The notes under the pieces are model-generated. The model was not told where the DNA came from. It worked only from the letters and a program-made list of their open reading frames with translations, and searched no databases. A DNA stretch of 64,000 nucleotides from Podarcis filfolensis. Taxonomy: Eukaryota. Every line of letters starts with the position of its first letter. The stretch's first letter is position 1. A program made the position numbers and the translations under genes. Positions 12,912-25,474 of the stretch are shown one piece after another. Location of the stretch: the NCBI GenBank assembly GCA_964270895.1, contig OZ185440.1; one strand, given 5' to 3'.

Positions 12912-14879
12912 AACATAAATATAGTTTAATTACAAATAGACAAAAGGGTAGGGGGCAATCATCTTGTATGATAAATCATAAAGTTAGGCTGCATGAAGTT
13001 GTGGGGAGGGAGGTCAGCTGGGACATGGCCATGGGAGAGGTGGAGCTGGATCAGATGAGGGCCACTGAGCAGAACAAAAGGCCCCTGGAAGCATGAAGAG
13101 CCCAACATTTAGCTAAATGAGCCCATGGGTCCATGGATCACTCTTTCCAGTTGGCTATGGCACTGTACGCTTTCCAGTGTGACATGGGAGGCGACTCTCA
13201 GCCTCCTTTGGTGGGAGACGATATGTTTGAACATGTGCACAAATCCTGTGCAGTTTCAAAGGGACATGGTGGCTCCATGTGGAGATATCCCAGTCTTGCC
13301 AGTGTAGCTGGGTCCATGGCTGGGCAGCTGGGAGAATATAGGGACCCCGTGCTGTGTCTGCCTCCTGGCCAAGTGAGTACCTTTTTGTCCTGCTCAGAAG
13401 GTGCTCTGGGATCCAGCCCTGCCTCCTTCAATTTTGCCTCCAACATGATTGTTGCAGACCAAACAGCCCAAATTGGAGTTTTGCTCTTTTTTTGGCATGG
13501 TCAGTCACTGTTCAGGTCATAGCTTATGTGCTTAGGTTCAGTAAAATCTCCTCTATTTGCCACTATTATCCATAATGAGATCCCATAGCTTGAGGACATG
13601 GGCACATCATGCCATCAACAGGGGCTAAAGAGGCTGCACATCAAAAGGCATGCACTACCACCCACATGGCAAGGAAACAAGTTTCAGGGTGAATAAGGTC
13701 ACAGAATTTTGAGAGGAAAGGTTAATGAGGACACTCGCCCTGTACACAGAGTCCTCCAACAACTGAACTCAAGATCCTTGCGTAGGAGTTTTTGACAGGA
13801 ATTTATGTTTATATGGTTGTTTGGTTTCCCTCTAACAAGAAAAGCTAAATTTAGCAGGTGGAGCAGAACATATTCCTCAGGGAGGACTTACCCTTTATCA
13901 CAGTGACACCAGCTAGAGAATCCATCCTGCAGCAGCTGAGAGGAAGCCATAGTGATGATAGTGGTTCGGGACATTGCTTCTCAAGCGGAAAGGCCAGGTC
14001 AAGGATATGTTGGCTGCGAATGTCTCTCTTCCTCCAGTCACATGAAGGTCCCTTCTCTGATGCTCAGCCAAAGCAAGACCCCAGACAAGTCAACAATCCC
14101 AGTGGAAGACTGGCAGAACTGAATTTCTGCTTGCACTCAACCAACAGCATGCCTGGAAGGGAAGGAAACCTCACAGGCAGACAGCAATGCAGGCCTGCTG
14201 TTGTGGAAATGATGCACAGAGGGATTGTGCTTAGGCTCAAGGTCTATCAGTGGCTATTGGCTGATGTAACTCAATGGAACCTCCATGTTCAGAGGCAGTG
14301 TACCAAGTGTTCAGCGCTGAACAAGAAGAGGAGTTGTATCACCCCCATGTGAGTGGCCAGAGGCATCAGGTGGACCATCACTGGAGAATGAGGACTCCGC
14401 TAGATGGCTGATAGAAGAAGGAAGAACCTCTTACTGTATTTGTGGAAGGGAGATGAAGCCTTTCCAAGCAGAAGGCTGGCTGTTCACCAGCAAGGCTTGG
14501 GAGCATCAGAGTCAGCAGCTGTAAAGTGTTGGAGGAAACACATGAAGCTGGTTACAGTAACAGGAGGAACTTGGTACCTAACTCTCTGTACCACCGTGGC
14601 AGCTTGCTGGATGAAGAGCAAACCTGACCATCTTTTTTCCTGTTGTTGCAGTAACACTACTGTTTGCAGACATCAGGAGGGATCAGGCAACACCAAGGAC
14701 AAGCAAGTTTCTACTAGTCCTACATAGCCCCTCAGTCTTGCCAACTCATTGCTCAGACCTAGGCTGATTAGCTCCTCGACTGGCTACTCTGCCTGCCTGT
14801 GAGCCTCCAGACCGCCAGCCCTTTCTTATTGGACTTAATTCCTCAACAAGAACAAAGGCATAAAAAAGTATTGGGTGAC

Positions 14880-15065
14880 TGCTTTCTTTTGAAAACTGTC
14901 ATCAGCCAGGAAGACCAGGGCAGTTTCAGCATCATGGCCAGAGATGAAGCCAAAATGGACTGAATCCAAATAATTAGTTTCTTCCAAGCACCGCTGAAGC
15001 TGGACCGCCACCATTTTCTCAAGCACCCTGTCCCCAAAAGGCACTAGGTGATAGTTGTTTTAACA
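14880..15065 (-). mobile_element. Old L2 reverse-transcriptase remnant
   Basis: Translation RVLEKMVAVQLQRCLEETNYLDSVHFGFISGHDAETALVFLADD resembles the L2 RT segment LDPFQSGFR..GTETAL..L.DD. Confidence 0.65.
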
Positions 15066-15924
15066 CTTCTGGGGTCAGGGAGGTCTTTTTAAGGAGTGGT
15101 ATTCACATAGGCTGAGGCTTAGTTTTCACCAACATGGTAAACTCAAGCCTAGTACTACTTCAGACTGCTGTAGGGTCACATGACTGAATATTCTGCCATA
15201 TGCAAAAAAGTAAAAGCAAACACCAGACTGAAATCTCCTTGATAGCTTCCTGTGCATAGGGATTTTGTTTCAATTTTTTGGTCAGGTGAACAGTCAATCA
15301 AGTGACATCATCCCAGTCTGTAGTGGGACAGGCCAGGACACAGATTCAGCTCCTCAAGGAGAACTGAGCTCAGGGGGTGGGGGGTGAAACCTGAAAGGCA
15401 AAGAGTTTCAGCCCTGGTCAGGTCACTCAGGGGCATATAGCATCGTGATGCCTCCTTCTCTTCTCTTTTCCTTCCTGGGATTTAAATGTCCCAGGTTTTA
15501 AAAATGTAATAGTACAGGCATAGATCATTCTTATCACCACTGAAGCATCGCCTTTTGCAAACAGGATGAAACATTTCATAGTGTTACCTTGAGTTTTATG
15601 CAGGATTCATGTAAATAACAGCAGCGGCAACAAGGCCATTTCAGCACCTGACAAATGAATAGCTGCAAGGAAATTTCCCTGCAATGAGAAAAGGGAGAAC
15701 AAGGAGAAATGCAAAAGGGGCAATTAAAATTACCGGAGGACAGAAGCTTCTTCCCTGGAAGGAAAGGATAAAACTGCTCTTGCGGTGGGTAGTAATCGAG
15801 AAGAAGCCTAAACAAGGCTGCAAGCCTAACCATGCCTAATCAGTGAATTCAGTGGGCCTTACTCCCAGGTAAGCTAGGTTAGGATTGCAGCCTAAATGGG
15901 GACACGGCAGAGAATTATAACATG

Positions 15925-16150
15925 ATGAAAAGCAAATGGAAGGATCACCCACTCCTTCTCCTAATATTAGAAGACACAGGTCACTGATATAAGGAAGTTG
16001 GGTTTTTGTTTTTTTTCATGCAGTGTGTAATTATGGATTTCACTGCCACAGAGTATGGCAATGACCACTGATTTGAATGACTCTGAGAAAGAATTAGAGA
16101 CAGGTACTTGGATTATGTCTACTGGCAAGTCAACCACAATGGCCAAATAG
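15925..16150 (+). mobile_element. Old CR1 3' fragment
   Basis: Degenerate CR1 ORF2 C-terminal sequence (ATTATGGATTTCACTGCCACAGAG..., GAAAGAATTAGA). Confidence 0.45.
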
Positions 16151-16189
16151 GAGCTCCACAGAGAGGTTAACTGCGCCGCTGAGCACCTT

Positions 16190-17090
16190 TTTAAAATTAG
16201 TTATTTATTGATACTTATTCAAAGATATACAGAAATACATACCCACTGCAAATTACAATTTTATAATATACTGAAATAAAGCAGCTGCTTAATATAAAAA
16301 GAACAAGGGCAAAAAGGAGAAAAGAAAAGAAAGACCCAAGGAAAGAGAAAGCCAAAGAGGAGAGAAAGGGAGGAAAGATTAAAGAAAGATACAGAAAGTT
16401 AAAAGGATTTCCGGCTCTCTGTCCTGCAGCCAAATATAGTATTCACTCATTAAGATCCAACCATTCTGTCTTCAATAAACTAGTATTTTTTCAGTCTTCA
16501 AATCTAGGTATTATAAGTTCATTTAATCTTTCACACAAAAAGTCCATATGAAATTTCAAATCCTTAATAAATGCTAGTAATTATTTTTCTTTAATTAAAC
16601 ACATTAACTTTGCTATCTCAGCCAAGTCCAATAGTTTTATCAGCCATTCCTCTATAGTAGCTAAGGTTGTATCTTTCCATCTTTGTGCATATAGCAATCT
16701 TGATGCTGTGATCATATATAATCTTCCACAATCCTTTTCCAGTTGTCTATCCATTAACCCTGAAAATAAGAGTTCTGGCTTCAATTGAATATTAGCCTTT
16801 AAAATCTGCCATATCAATGTATGTATTTGTATCCAATATTTTTTAGCCTTTTTACTTGTCTGCCAAGCATGAAAAAAATATCCCATTGTGCTCTTGGCAT
16901 TTCCAGCAAACTATTGAAACATTTTTATGCATTCTGAATAGTTTCTCAGGAGTTAAATATCAACAACACATCATTTTGGAGAAATTCTTTTTAAGATCAT
17001 AACACAATGTAAATTTAAATCCCTTAGTCCACTTGTGTTCCCACTGTTCCATCTGTATATTATAACCAAAACTTCTTGCCCATTTAATCA
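16190..17090 (-). mobile_element. 5'-truncated L1 (ORF2 C-terminus and 3' UTR)
   Basis: Minus ORF 16581-16886 GYFFHAWQTSKKAKKYWIQI...EEWLIKLLDLAEIAK resembles the squamate L1 ORF2 C-terminal H-x-W-x-x-C-x-K..FW region; A-rich 3' UTR. Confidence 0.75.
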
Positions 17091-17653
17091 TGCATTCTTT
17101 AACCTGTTCCAGAGGCTTGAGACAAATATGTTACTGGCATCACTTTTGTGCCTTCCTTGTGAGCCTCCAGTGGCAAATGGCTGATCACCATAGGAAACAC
17201 ACCCCTAGACTAGATGAGTCCTCAGTTTGGTCCTACAAGTCAGTTCTTAAGAGCAACCTTGAAAAGGCAGTGCAGGGAGAAAGGGAGGGAGGGAGGTGCT
17301 GGACTGAAGAGGACCAATTTGCACCAGTTCCATTTCCCAACCAAAAACTGGAACAGCATAGACTAAGCAAAGGAACAACAGGTGAAAGAAGTGAAGCACA
17401 AGGTCTTAAGAAGGCGTTCCACAGTGAAGGCAACAGTTGCAGGACCATGGATAGCTCAGATAACTTACTCTGTTAACTTACTCCAAGGAAGGCTGGAAGC
17501 AGGTTAAGCCTTGGGAAGCATCTCCAGTAGCAGGCTCAGAACCCTGCATGTGGTCTGGCTCCTTCCTGGGAGACTCAGAAGCTGCTGTCTCCCAGTCTAC
17601 ATTGCTGCTGGACTCTGGGGGTTATGACACCGATGGATGAACTAGTCAGTGTT

Positions 17654-18000
17654 AAGGTAAAGGTAAAGAGACCTGTGACCATTAAGTCCAGTCGTGGTCG
17701 ACTCTGGAGTTGCGGCGCTCATCTCACTTTATTGGCCAAGGGAGCTGGTGTACAGCTTCCGGGTCATGTGGCCAGCCTGACTCTGGCAAACCAGAGCAGT
17801 GCACAGAAACACTGTTTACCTTCCCGCCGGAGCTGTACCTATTTATCTACTTGCACTTTCAGGTGCTTTCGAACTGCTAGGTTGGCAGGAGCTGAAACCG
17901 AGCAACAGGAGCTCACCCCGTCGTGGGGATTCGAACCGCTGACCTTCTGATCGGCAAGTCCTAGGCCCTGTGGTTTAACCTACAGCAGCACCCGCGTCCC
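17654..18000 (-). mobile_element. Sauria SINE
   Basis: Full head-to-tail similarity to the other copies; 10-bp TSD AGTCAGTGTT (17644-17653, 18002-18011). Confidence 0.92.
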
Positions 18001-19511
18001 GAGTCAGTGTTTACCTGTGACCATATGCCTACCTAGTAAGCTTTTCTCTATGAGTGTAATGGACTGGAAGCTGCTCCATCTGAAAGGCAGTGCAATGATT
18101 TTGTAAAGTAATGGGCTCAGGGCTTCATGGCAGTAAGTAAAGAACCCATGAAGCACAGAGGAAGGCAAGCCTCTTGCCACCTCCTTCCAAGTCACTTACT
18201 TTTCTTTCCCACTCATTTTGGAGATGGCCTGGATAAGCAATGCTGATATTAATACTGCATCACCATTAAACTGCCGTCACCATGATGGGCCTCCAAGCGC
18301 GTTCATCCATTCTAGACAGCATTCGTAGAGACAGCAACCTCATCATCAAAATAAATAGCCCTTAAAAGCGGAGACAGGAGACAAGCAACCTCCTGGGGCT
18401 TTGAGATGTGGCGGACGCAAGGCTGTGCTGTATGCAAAGCTGGAGGGAAGCTGACAGCACTCAGGGAAGAGACGGTGCTTAATATGCTCATCAGTTCACA
18501 GGCTTTCAAAGGATGTGATCTTGCAGTTAATGTGCAAGGCTGGTCAAGTTCATGCGTGCTACCAGCCACACTCAATAGGTAACAGGCCCAGGCTGGGACC
18601 CTGTGCATGGCATGGGGAGGGGTGTGCTAAAAAATAGACCTGACAGGGATCCTTGGGACCAGGGGCTTGAGCTGGGAGGTAGAGTACATCAAGCAAAGGA
18701 CATGGAACTGTTGACTGAAGTCCAAAGGCCAGGCTGCTCACATTTATAACTAGCTAGGCTGGCCAATCCACAGGCTTCTTGCTGCCTGCCAATTCCAGGG
18801 GCTGATATCCCACCTCCTTCTGTGAATGAAGGGGTTCTGTGACCTGAAAATATATATAGTCCCTGGGGTCTTTTGGCTTCAGATACTGGGATTCCGAGTT
18901 CATCCTGGAGTTCCTTTGGTAGTCTGAGTTCCTTGTTTTCTCTCATCGGATCATCAGAGGTAGACCTCCCATTCTGCACATAGACGGGAAAAACTAGACT
19001 GTTCTATTATGCTTCTAACTTCAGGAGACATTTTATCTCTAAGCATAGGGTCTAGACTTCAGCCTTTGGCACCTGCTGTAGACAGCTAAAATCAGAATGA
19101 GTCTTCTGTCCCTGCCTAGGTTGCCAACCCTTTGATTTCAAATAATCTGGTGCCCTGGGCTGATTAGGAGGTAGAACCTGAGAAGGCATACAGATGTTCA
19201 CCCTCTGACTTGTGGTCAGTCTTGCCCAGTTGATGGCTGCAGTGTTTCACATTAAGGTCCACATCAACAAACACACAACTGGTGTCATGTGTTATGAAAT
19301 GGTGCCAACCACCAGGGCATTCCTTTATAAAGGCTAGGTACCACGGCATACCCACAAATATGTCACACCGTAGCCAAGTTGTATATTTGTGCAGGCCCAC
19401 TTAGGATAGGATGAACAAATATAATTGAGGTATACAAAAGAAGGGGAAACAATTGGCTTTATTCATACCTTTTTTCACATACTGTATTTACCATGAAGTA
19501 ACTCTAAGCTT

Positions 19512-19878
19512 GGGACGTGGGTGGCGCTGTGGGTTAAACCACAGTGCCTAGGACTTGCCGATCGTATGGTCGGCGGTTCGAATCCCCACGGCGGGGTGAG
19601 CTCCCGTCTTTCGGTCCCAGCTCCTGCCAACCTAGCAGTTCGAAAGCACCCCTAAGTGCAAGTAGATAAATAGGTACCGCTTTCTAGCGGGAAGGTAAAC
19701 GGTGTTTCCATGCGCTGCGCTGGTGCTGGCTCCCCCAGAGCAGCTTCGTCACGCTGGCCACGTGACCTGGAAGTGTCTCCGGACAGCGCTGGCCCCTGGC
19801 CTCTTAAGTGAGATGAGCGCACAACCCTAGAGTCGGACATGACTGGCCCGTACGGGCAGGGGTACCTTTACCTTTACC
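19512..19878 (+). mobile_element. Sauria SINE (subtype with ...GGCCCGTACGGGCAGGGGTACC tail)
   Basis: GGGACGTGGGTGGCGCTG head with A/B-box-like motifs; 12-bp TSD TAACTCTAAGCT (19499-19510, 19879-19890). Confidence 0.93.
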
Positions 19879-21264
19879 TAACTCTAAGCTCATCTACTCT
19901 GTGAGAAGTGTGTATACTGGTGTTACACTGGTTTCACTATCATAGTGTACCCAAAATAATCCTGGAGGCTGGAATTTGAGAAGGCTGCCAGGGTCTGTAG
20001 CCCCCATAAATCTAGGGGTTGGCTAAATTGGCCCCCACCAGGGGTGCAGGCCAGGGGAGGATGCAAAAATTGTGCCTCTCTTGGCACTTTGGTTGAGGAA
20101 TCTGGATGCTGGCATGGGCCATGGCAGCACCCCTGCAGAGCCCCCTTCCCAGTCGGCCAGCAGCACTGGCAGTCAGTTTACGTACTGGGACTCCCCATGA
20201 GGATGCCACTGCTTGGCCCTCCATCCTAGTGCAGCTGCTGCTCCCCCAGCGTGCCCTGAGAGCCACCTTTCAGCTGATGAAACATCAGGCGAGGCTCTTA
20301 ATTTACCACAGCCGAGTCGCTTTCCCCAGTTTCTTTCCTGCCTTGCCCAAATTCCAGCATGCAGGCCACTGCATGTTTACCCCAGACAGCAAGGGCCATT
20401 GGCATAAGCAGGACTTACTTCTGAGTAAAGAAGGTACTGGGGCACAACCTCCACGTTAGTGCCTTTCTGCTGGTGCCTCATGGGAAGTAACGAAAAGGCA
20501 AGCGAGGATTCCAACAAGAGTAGCCTAATTTTTAGCGGGTGCAATTTGGTTGCCGTTTTAGTTTAACGTGGAACATTTGCAATTTACTGTACAATTAAAA
20601 ATGAACAGTACAGACTGCAGTCATTTTAACCATTTTAAAATCACCCTCCAGGATATTCTGAACCATTCCCCTACGGCTCCCAGCATGCAAAATGCACCCC
20701 ATCATCAGGCAGCTCCGTGTTCTTATGCTAAGGATATTGAAAGTGAAAAGGACTTTTCAAAGAAGGATAGATTTTCAAAGACGTTGATAGCAGTTAGATA
20801 CCTGTCTAGCAGTGACTGAAATCAGTAGAGAATAAGAAGTTAATTGGAGTGGGCATATTTTAAAATCTTCCTCTTGGCTGGTGTGATCCAGGGAAGTTTC
20901 ATGCCAGTCATATCCACCATGTCAAGTGGCAATATAAGAGAAACACTGGCAGCCAAGCAGAGAGAGAGAGACAGAGACCTGTGGTGCTTACCAAGTAGGG
21001 CCAACCCGAGACATTTTGGCACCTCAGGCAAAACTCAAAAAGCATCAACTCCCGGCCATCCATGCAGCCTGACAAGGACACTTTCCACATTTGTACAGCA
21101 CCAAGCACTCACCAGCAATAATCAAGATGATAATGATATTTGTGCATTTCTACAGCACTGGGCACCTGGTAGCAATTATAATAAAGAAACATATTCATGT
21201 TTGTATATCACCAAGCCCTCACCAATATCCTGCCAGCATGGCCAATGGTCAGGGGTAGCATGAA

Positions 21265-21465
21265 GAGGCAGTGTGGCATAATAGCTAGAGTGATGGACTA
21301 GGGCCTGGGAGACCAGAGTTCAAATCCCCACTCTGTCATGAAGGATGACCAGTCTCTGTGTGCCTAAACCTACCTCACAGGGTGCTTGTGGGGATTAAAT
21401 TACGAGGGGAAGAATCCATGCGCCCCCCTTGAGCTCCTGGGATCAGAAGATAAATGCAATAAATA
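21265..21465 (+). mobile_element. MIR-derived (Squam3-like) SINE, old
   Basis: tRNA-like head (GTGTGGCATAATAG...GTTCAAATCCCCACTC), core CCTACCTCACAGGGT, AT-rich tail. Confidence 0.65.
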
Positions 21466-22511
21466 TACTGTAGACTAGCAGCGCTTGAAATAGGATGTCC
21501 TCTGTGTGTGTGTGTTTGCCTTGCTGCCTCCTTCCTTTCCACGGGAACCTACAGGAAGCTAGATTCCTGGTGCCTCACTATGGTCTACTCTAAGAGGCAG
21601 CGGTTCTCCAGAATTTCAGGCCTAAGAGTCTTACCCAGCCCAGCAAGGAAATGGGTTGTGCAAAAGAGAATTCAACTAGAGGAGGCAAATGAGTGAGCAA
21701 ATGGGCAGGCTAGGAAGGAAGATGATTTGGTGTGGGTGTGGCCGCCTGGACAGCAGGAAGCCTTTTTGACATGAGGCAGCACCTGGGGGGTGGATGAAGC
21801 AGAGAAGCCACTGCCCTACACAGCAGCTATGGTGACCCTCACCGTGTAAATAAAGTGGCGATGAGGAGGCAGCTTCCTCTTCCTCTTCTTCTTCCTCGGT
21901 GCTGCCTTTCTTGGTTGCTGCCCAAGGTGTCCACTTCACCCAGCCTCATTGATGTTCCAGGTCTGTTTCCAAGGAGCACAGTTAAAGTGAGGAATTCAAA
22001 ATGAAGATTTGATTGCTGACAAACTAGGCTCTTCCCTGCCTGGTCTTTAATATAATTTATCTTTCTTGATAATGTCAGCCTTTTTAATATCCATTTCTTC
22101 AAGCCTCAGGGGAAGCCAGATAACAGATACAGGGGGGAGGTTTTTGCATGCAGAAATAAAAAGGTCCACCCACCACTGAAAAGATGGGACATTTATCCAA
22201 GCCACCTGGGTGAAAAGGATTTATGGAACTCCAACGAAGGAAGGGGGGAAGCACAAAGATTGGGAAATGAAATTGGGAGGTACTACAAGTCCGGGAATAG
22301 AGAGAGTGGGTTGATTATCCAAGAAATTCACAAGAAAGTACTATTATCCTCATGGCAACTTACCAGAAGGTAGGAGAAGAGCCTTGCAGAATTTTCTAGG
22401 CCACCAACATACTGCCAATAAACAAATGATAAGATTCAAAATCATTAAATATAAGCATTTCCCTCCATCTGGAAAAAGATTCTAGCCTAAGCTGCAGGGA
22501 TGGAGGGAGGG

Positions 22512-22514
<3 letters not shown>

Positions 22515-22585
<71 letters not shown>
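22515..22585 (+). repeat. Compound (TG)n(AG)n microsatellite
   Basis: Direct reading. Confidence 0.95.
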
Positions 22586-22588
<3 letters not shown>

Positions 22589-22754
22589 CCTCTAATCATG
22601 AATGCATGTAGGTTGGGGCAGCCCTTCAACGACATGGCTGCAGCCGCAGCACACATTTAAAACACACTTGTTCCACTTCAGAGTCATGGCTTCCCCCCAC
22701 CAAAGAATCCTGGGAACTATAGCTTCTTTAGCATCACCTAAGAACTCTCAGATA

Positions 22755-23126
22755 GGGACGCGGGTAGTGCTGTGGGTCAAACCACTGTGCTGCTTGGGTT
22801 TGCCGATCGAAAGGTTGGCGGTTCGAATCCCTGCGACGGGGTGAGCTCCCATTGCTCGGTCCCAGCTCCTGCCAACCAAGCAGTTTGAAAGCACGTCAAA
22901 GTGCAAGTAGATAAATAGGTACCGCTCCGGCGGGAAGGTAAACAGTGTTTCCGTGCGCTGCTCTGGCTTCGCCAGAAGCAGCTTAGTCATGCTGGCCACA
23001 TGACCCAGAAAACTGTCTGTGGAAGCGGACAAATGCCGGCTCCCCCGGCCTGTAAAGCAAGATGAGCGCTGCAACCCCAGAGTCGGTCACGACTGGACCT
23101 AGTGGTCAGGGGTCCCTTTACCTTTA
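22755..23126 (+). mobile_element. Sauria SINE
   Basis: GGGACGCGGGT head, GAGTCGGTCACGACTGG Bov-B-like 3' end, CCTTTACCTTTA tail; TSD AACTCTCAG (22743-22751, 23129-23137). Confidence 0.92.
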
Positions 23127-23866
23127 GCAACTCTCAGCTTCCTCAACAAGGAAGGCATGACTCTTAAAGTGCAATAAGTGTGTTTTTAATGTATGCTGTG
23201 GCCACAGGTCATCTGTTCATTGGCCATGCAAATCATGCGCATCAGGGGCTTTCATCTACGGGCACAACAAGCAGTACCTGCTCTGGAAAGGCCCAAGGTA
23301 TTTTTGGAGCTTCTTGTACTATCTGGTTTCTTTCTCCAGTGCTTAAAGAAAGTTTAAACCCATAGACAACCCTCCACAGGTACTGAAAGCCTAAGGTGAG
23401 GTTCTGAGAAATTCCACCTAGTACCCAGGGCCATATCCAAAATGGTGAAAATGAACGCTGGCTCGACTAGTGCCCTAGCAGTGGACATGAGCTGATCTGC
23501 AAAAGGAGAGGGCCTGGCCTAGAGAGATGCCAAGCCTTATCTCAACCCCCAGGCAGGCTTGGGGAACAGCAGGGATGAGAGAGAAGTAACTGAAGTAGAC
23601 CTCTGACTTTTTTTGTCTTCCAGGCAGTATGAAGACCCTCGTCAATGAGGCTGGATGAATGAAGGCATGTTGTGCACTGCTGCTGCTGGTTTTGAAACGA
23701 CATGGTGCCCAACAATATAATATGCAGCGCAAATGCTCCTCAGTGCCTGTTTGACAAATCTATTATGTGTGAAGCAAATGCTGCTCCACCAGTAGCAAGA
23801 TTCTCTGCACAGATATTGCTTCTGTTTAGAAAATTGAGAACACCCGGTGTGTTCATATCCATACGC

Positions 23867-23867
<1 letters not shown>

Positions 23868-23911
<44 letters not shown>

Positions 23912-24410
23912 TTTTTGTATACCCTGCCTTTCTCCCCAACTGGAGCATAACGTGACTTACATATAAAATAAGAACAGCTAAAAACATAGGAAAAGAATCA
24001 TTAAAGAACAATTATACATTGATAGAATTTAAACTATAGACACGTATAAAATATATTAAAGCCATACAAATAATCACAATAAAAACAGCGCAGCACCAGC
24101 GCTTTCATTAAAAGCAGTCAGTTCCCCAAAGCCTGTTGGAACTGACTGGTGGAATGACAGCAAGGAGGGAGAGTGTCTAGCTTCTTCAGGGAGGGAGTTC
24201 CAGAGTCCGGGAGCAGCCACCAAGAAGGCCCTTCCCTGTGTCCCCCACGTGTGCCTGCAAGGGTGGTGGGACTGAAAGAAGGGCCTCCCCTGGAGATCTC
24301 AGAAACCAGACATGTTCACAAGAGGAAATATGGTCTTTCAGAGAGCTTGGACCTAGCCTGTGTGGCGCTTTATAGGTTATAACAAGCATTTTGAGTTGTA
24401 ACTGGGCTGT
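23868..24410 (-). mobile_element. L2 3' fragment, old
   Basis: (TAA)n tail at 23869-23908; minus ORF LKMLVITYKAPHRLGPSSLKDH resembles L2 ORF2 C-terminal FKVLVLTFKAL.GLGP.YL.D (compare 26370-26440). Confidence 0.75.
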
Positions 24411-24459
24411 ATCCAGACATGTCAATGAAGCAATTCAGTTAAAATCATACAGGGAAATC

Positions 24460-25189
24460 TTTTTTTTATATAATAATGTTTTATTAAATTTAACAATAAA
24501 AAGATACATAAAACACACAAAAAAGTAAAAAACACAACAATACGATCTTTCACAAAAAAGAAAAGAACAATCAGTAACACCACAAATGACATAAATAACA
24601 TAAGGCAAACACAAATCACTCTTTTCTAGTTATTCATCTTTGGTTAACTTGTTTTCCTGACTTCCTCGCACCTCCCTTTTTTGTATCCCTCTTTAACAAT
24701 TAGCTCAGCAAATTCATATCGTACTACTTTGTCCTTAAATATTTTACCTCCCAAATTTATAGTTTCCAATTTTTATCTCGTTACTAGAGCTTCTTCTTTT
24801 TATTTCAATATCATCCACATTCATACATTTTACAGTACTTCTGTAAATAAATTTTAAATTTCCTCCAATCTTCTTCCACCAACTCTTCTCCCTGGTCTCG
24901 GATTCTGCCAGTCATCTCAGCCATTTCCATATAGTCAATTACTTGCATCTGCCATTCTTCCAAGGTGGGTAGATCTTGCATCTTCCAATGCTTCGCAATA
25001 AGTATTCTTGCTGCTGCTGTAGCATACATAAAGAAAGTTCTGTCCTTCTTTGGCACCAATTGGCCAACTATGCCTAGGAGAAAGGCCTCTGGTTTCTTCA
25101 CAAATGTGCATTTAAGCACCTTTTTCATTTCATTATAAATCATTTCCCAGAAAGCCTTAATCTTCGGACATGTCCACCAAAGGTGAAAG
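24460..25189 (-). mobile_element. 5'-truncated L1 with TSD
   Basis: ORF2 C-terminus FFHLWWTCPKIKAFW...EEWQ; poly(A) at 24460-24467; perfect 18-bp TSD AAATCATACAGGGAAATC (24442-24459, 25190-25207). Confidence 0.9.
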
Positions 25190-25230
25190 AAATCATACAG
25201 GGAAATCCGGTAGGGAAAGATGGGACTCCA

Positions 25231-25247
25231 CAGCGCCATCTGGTGTC
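25231..25247 (-). promoter_or_regulatory. CTCF-like motif
   Basis: Minus strand GACACCAGATGGCGCTG matches the CTCF core CCACCAG(A/G)(G/T)GGCGCT. Confidence 0.6.
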
Positions 25248-25474
25248 ACAGTGTTATATTGCATATACAACACATATAAAATGCTTTTTCTTTGCCAATC
25301 TAGCTGAGTCCCTGGAAACAGACTGGCAGCCTTTGGAGCTGTTGTAAGCCATACAGTGAATGCATGTGTTGTTGAATGGACATTGGCAGACAAGGGTAAA
25401 GGTAGGATTTGAATTTAGTTCCCACCCGCCCCCCCTCATTGAGCCAGGGATTCACACATTACCTTTTACAGATT

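Noticed and set aside
12930-14830. Long ORF-like pieces (for example MLEAKLKEAGLDP..., 13858-14352) as an ERV or exon
   Set aside because: No gag, pol, RT or other motif recognised and no consistent splice signals; probably very old repeat debris. A database search is needed.
15640-15660. TTCAGCACC as a second RE1 site; GGACAGCGC in the SINE at ~19782
   Set aside because: Each is only a half-site; the partner half is absent at canonical spacing.
18300-18980. Possible degenerate solo LTR or coding exon (ORF 18689-18979); similar stretch at ~30590-31000
   Set aside because: LTR-like composition only; no TG...CA pair with TSD and no protein similarity could be established.
19512-19600. tRNA-like A/B boxes in SINE heads (also 22755, 46119, 55300-55375)
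   Set aside because: These are SINE internal promoters continuing into SINE bodies; there is no complete cloverleaf, so they are not tRNA genes.
21676-21939. Poly-Glu ORF (STEEEEEEEEAASSS)
   Set aside because: Produced by a (CTT/CCT) low-complexity run; no exon boundaries or homology.
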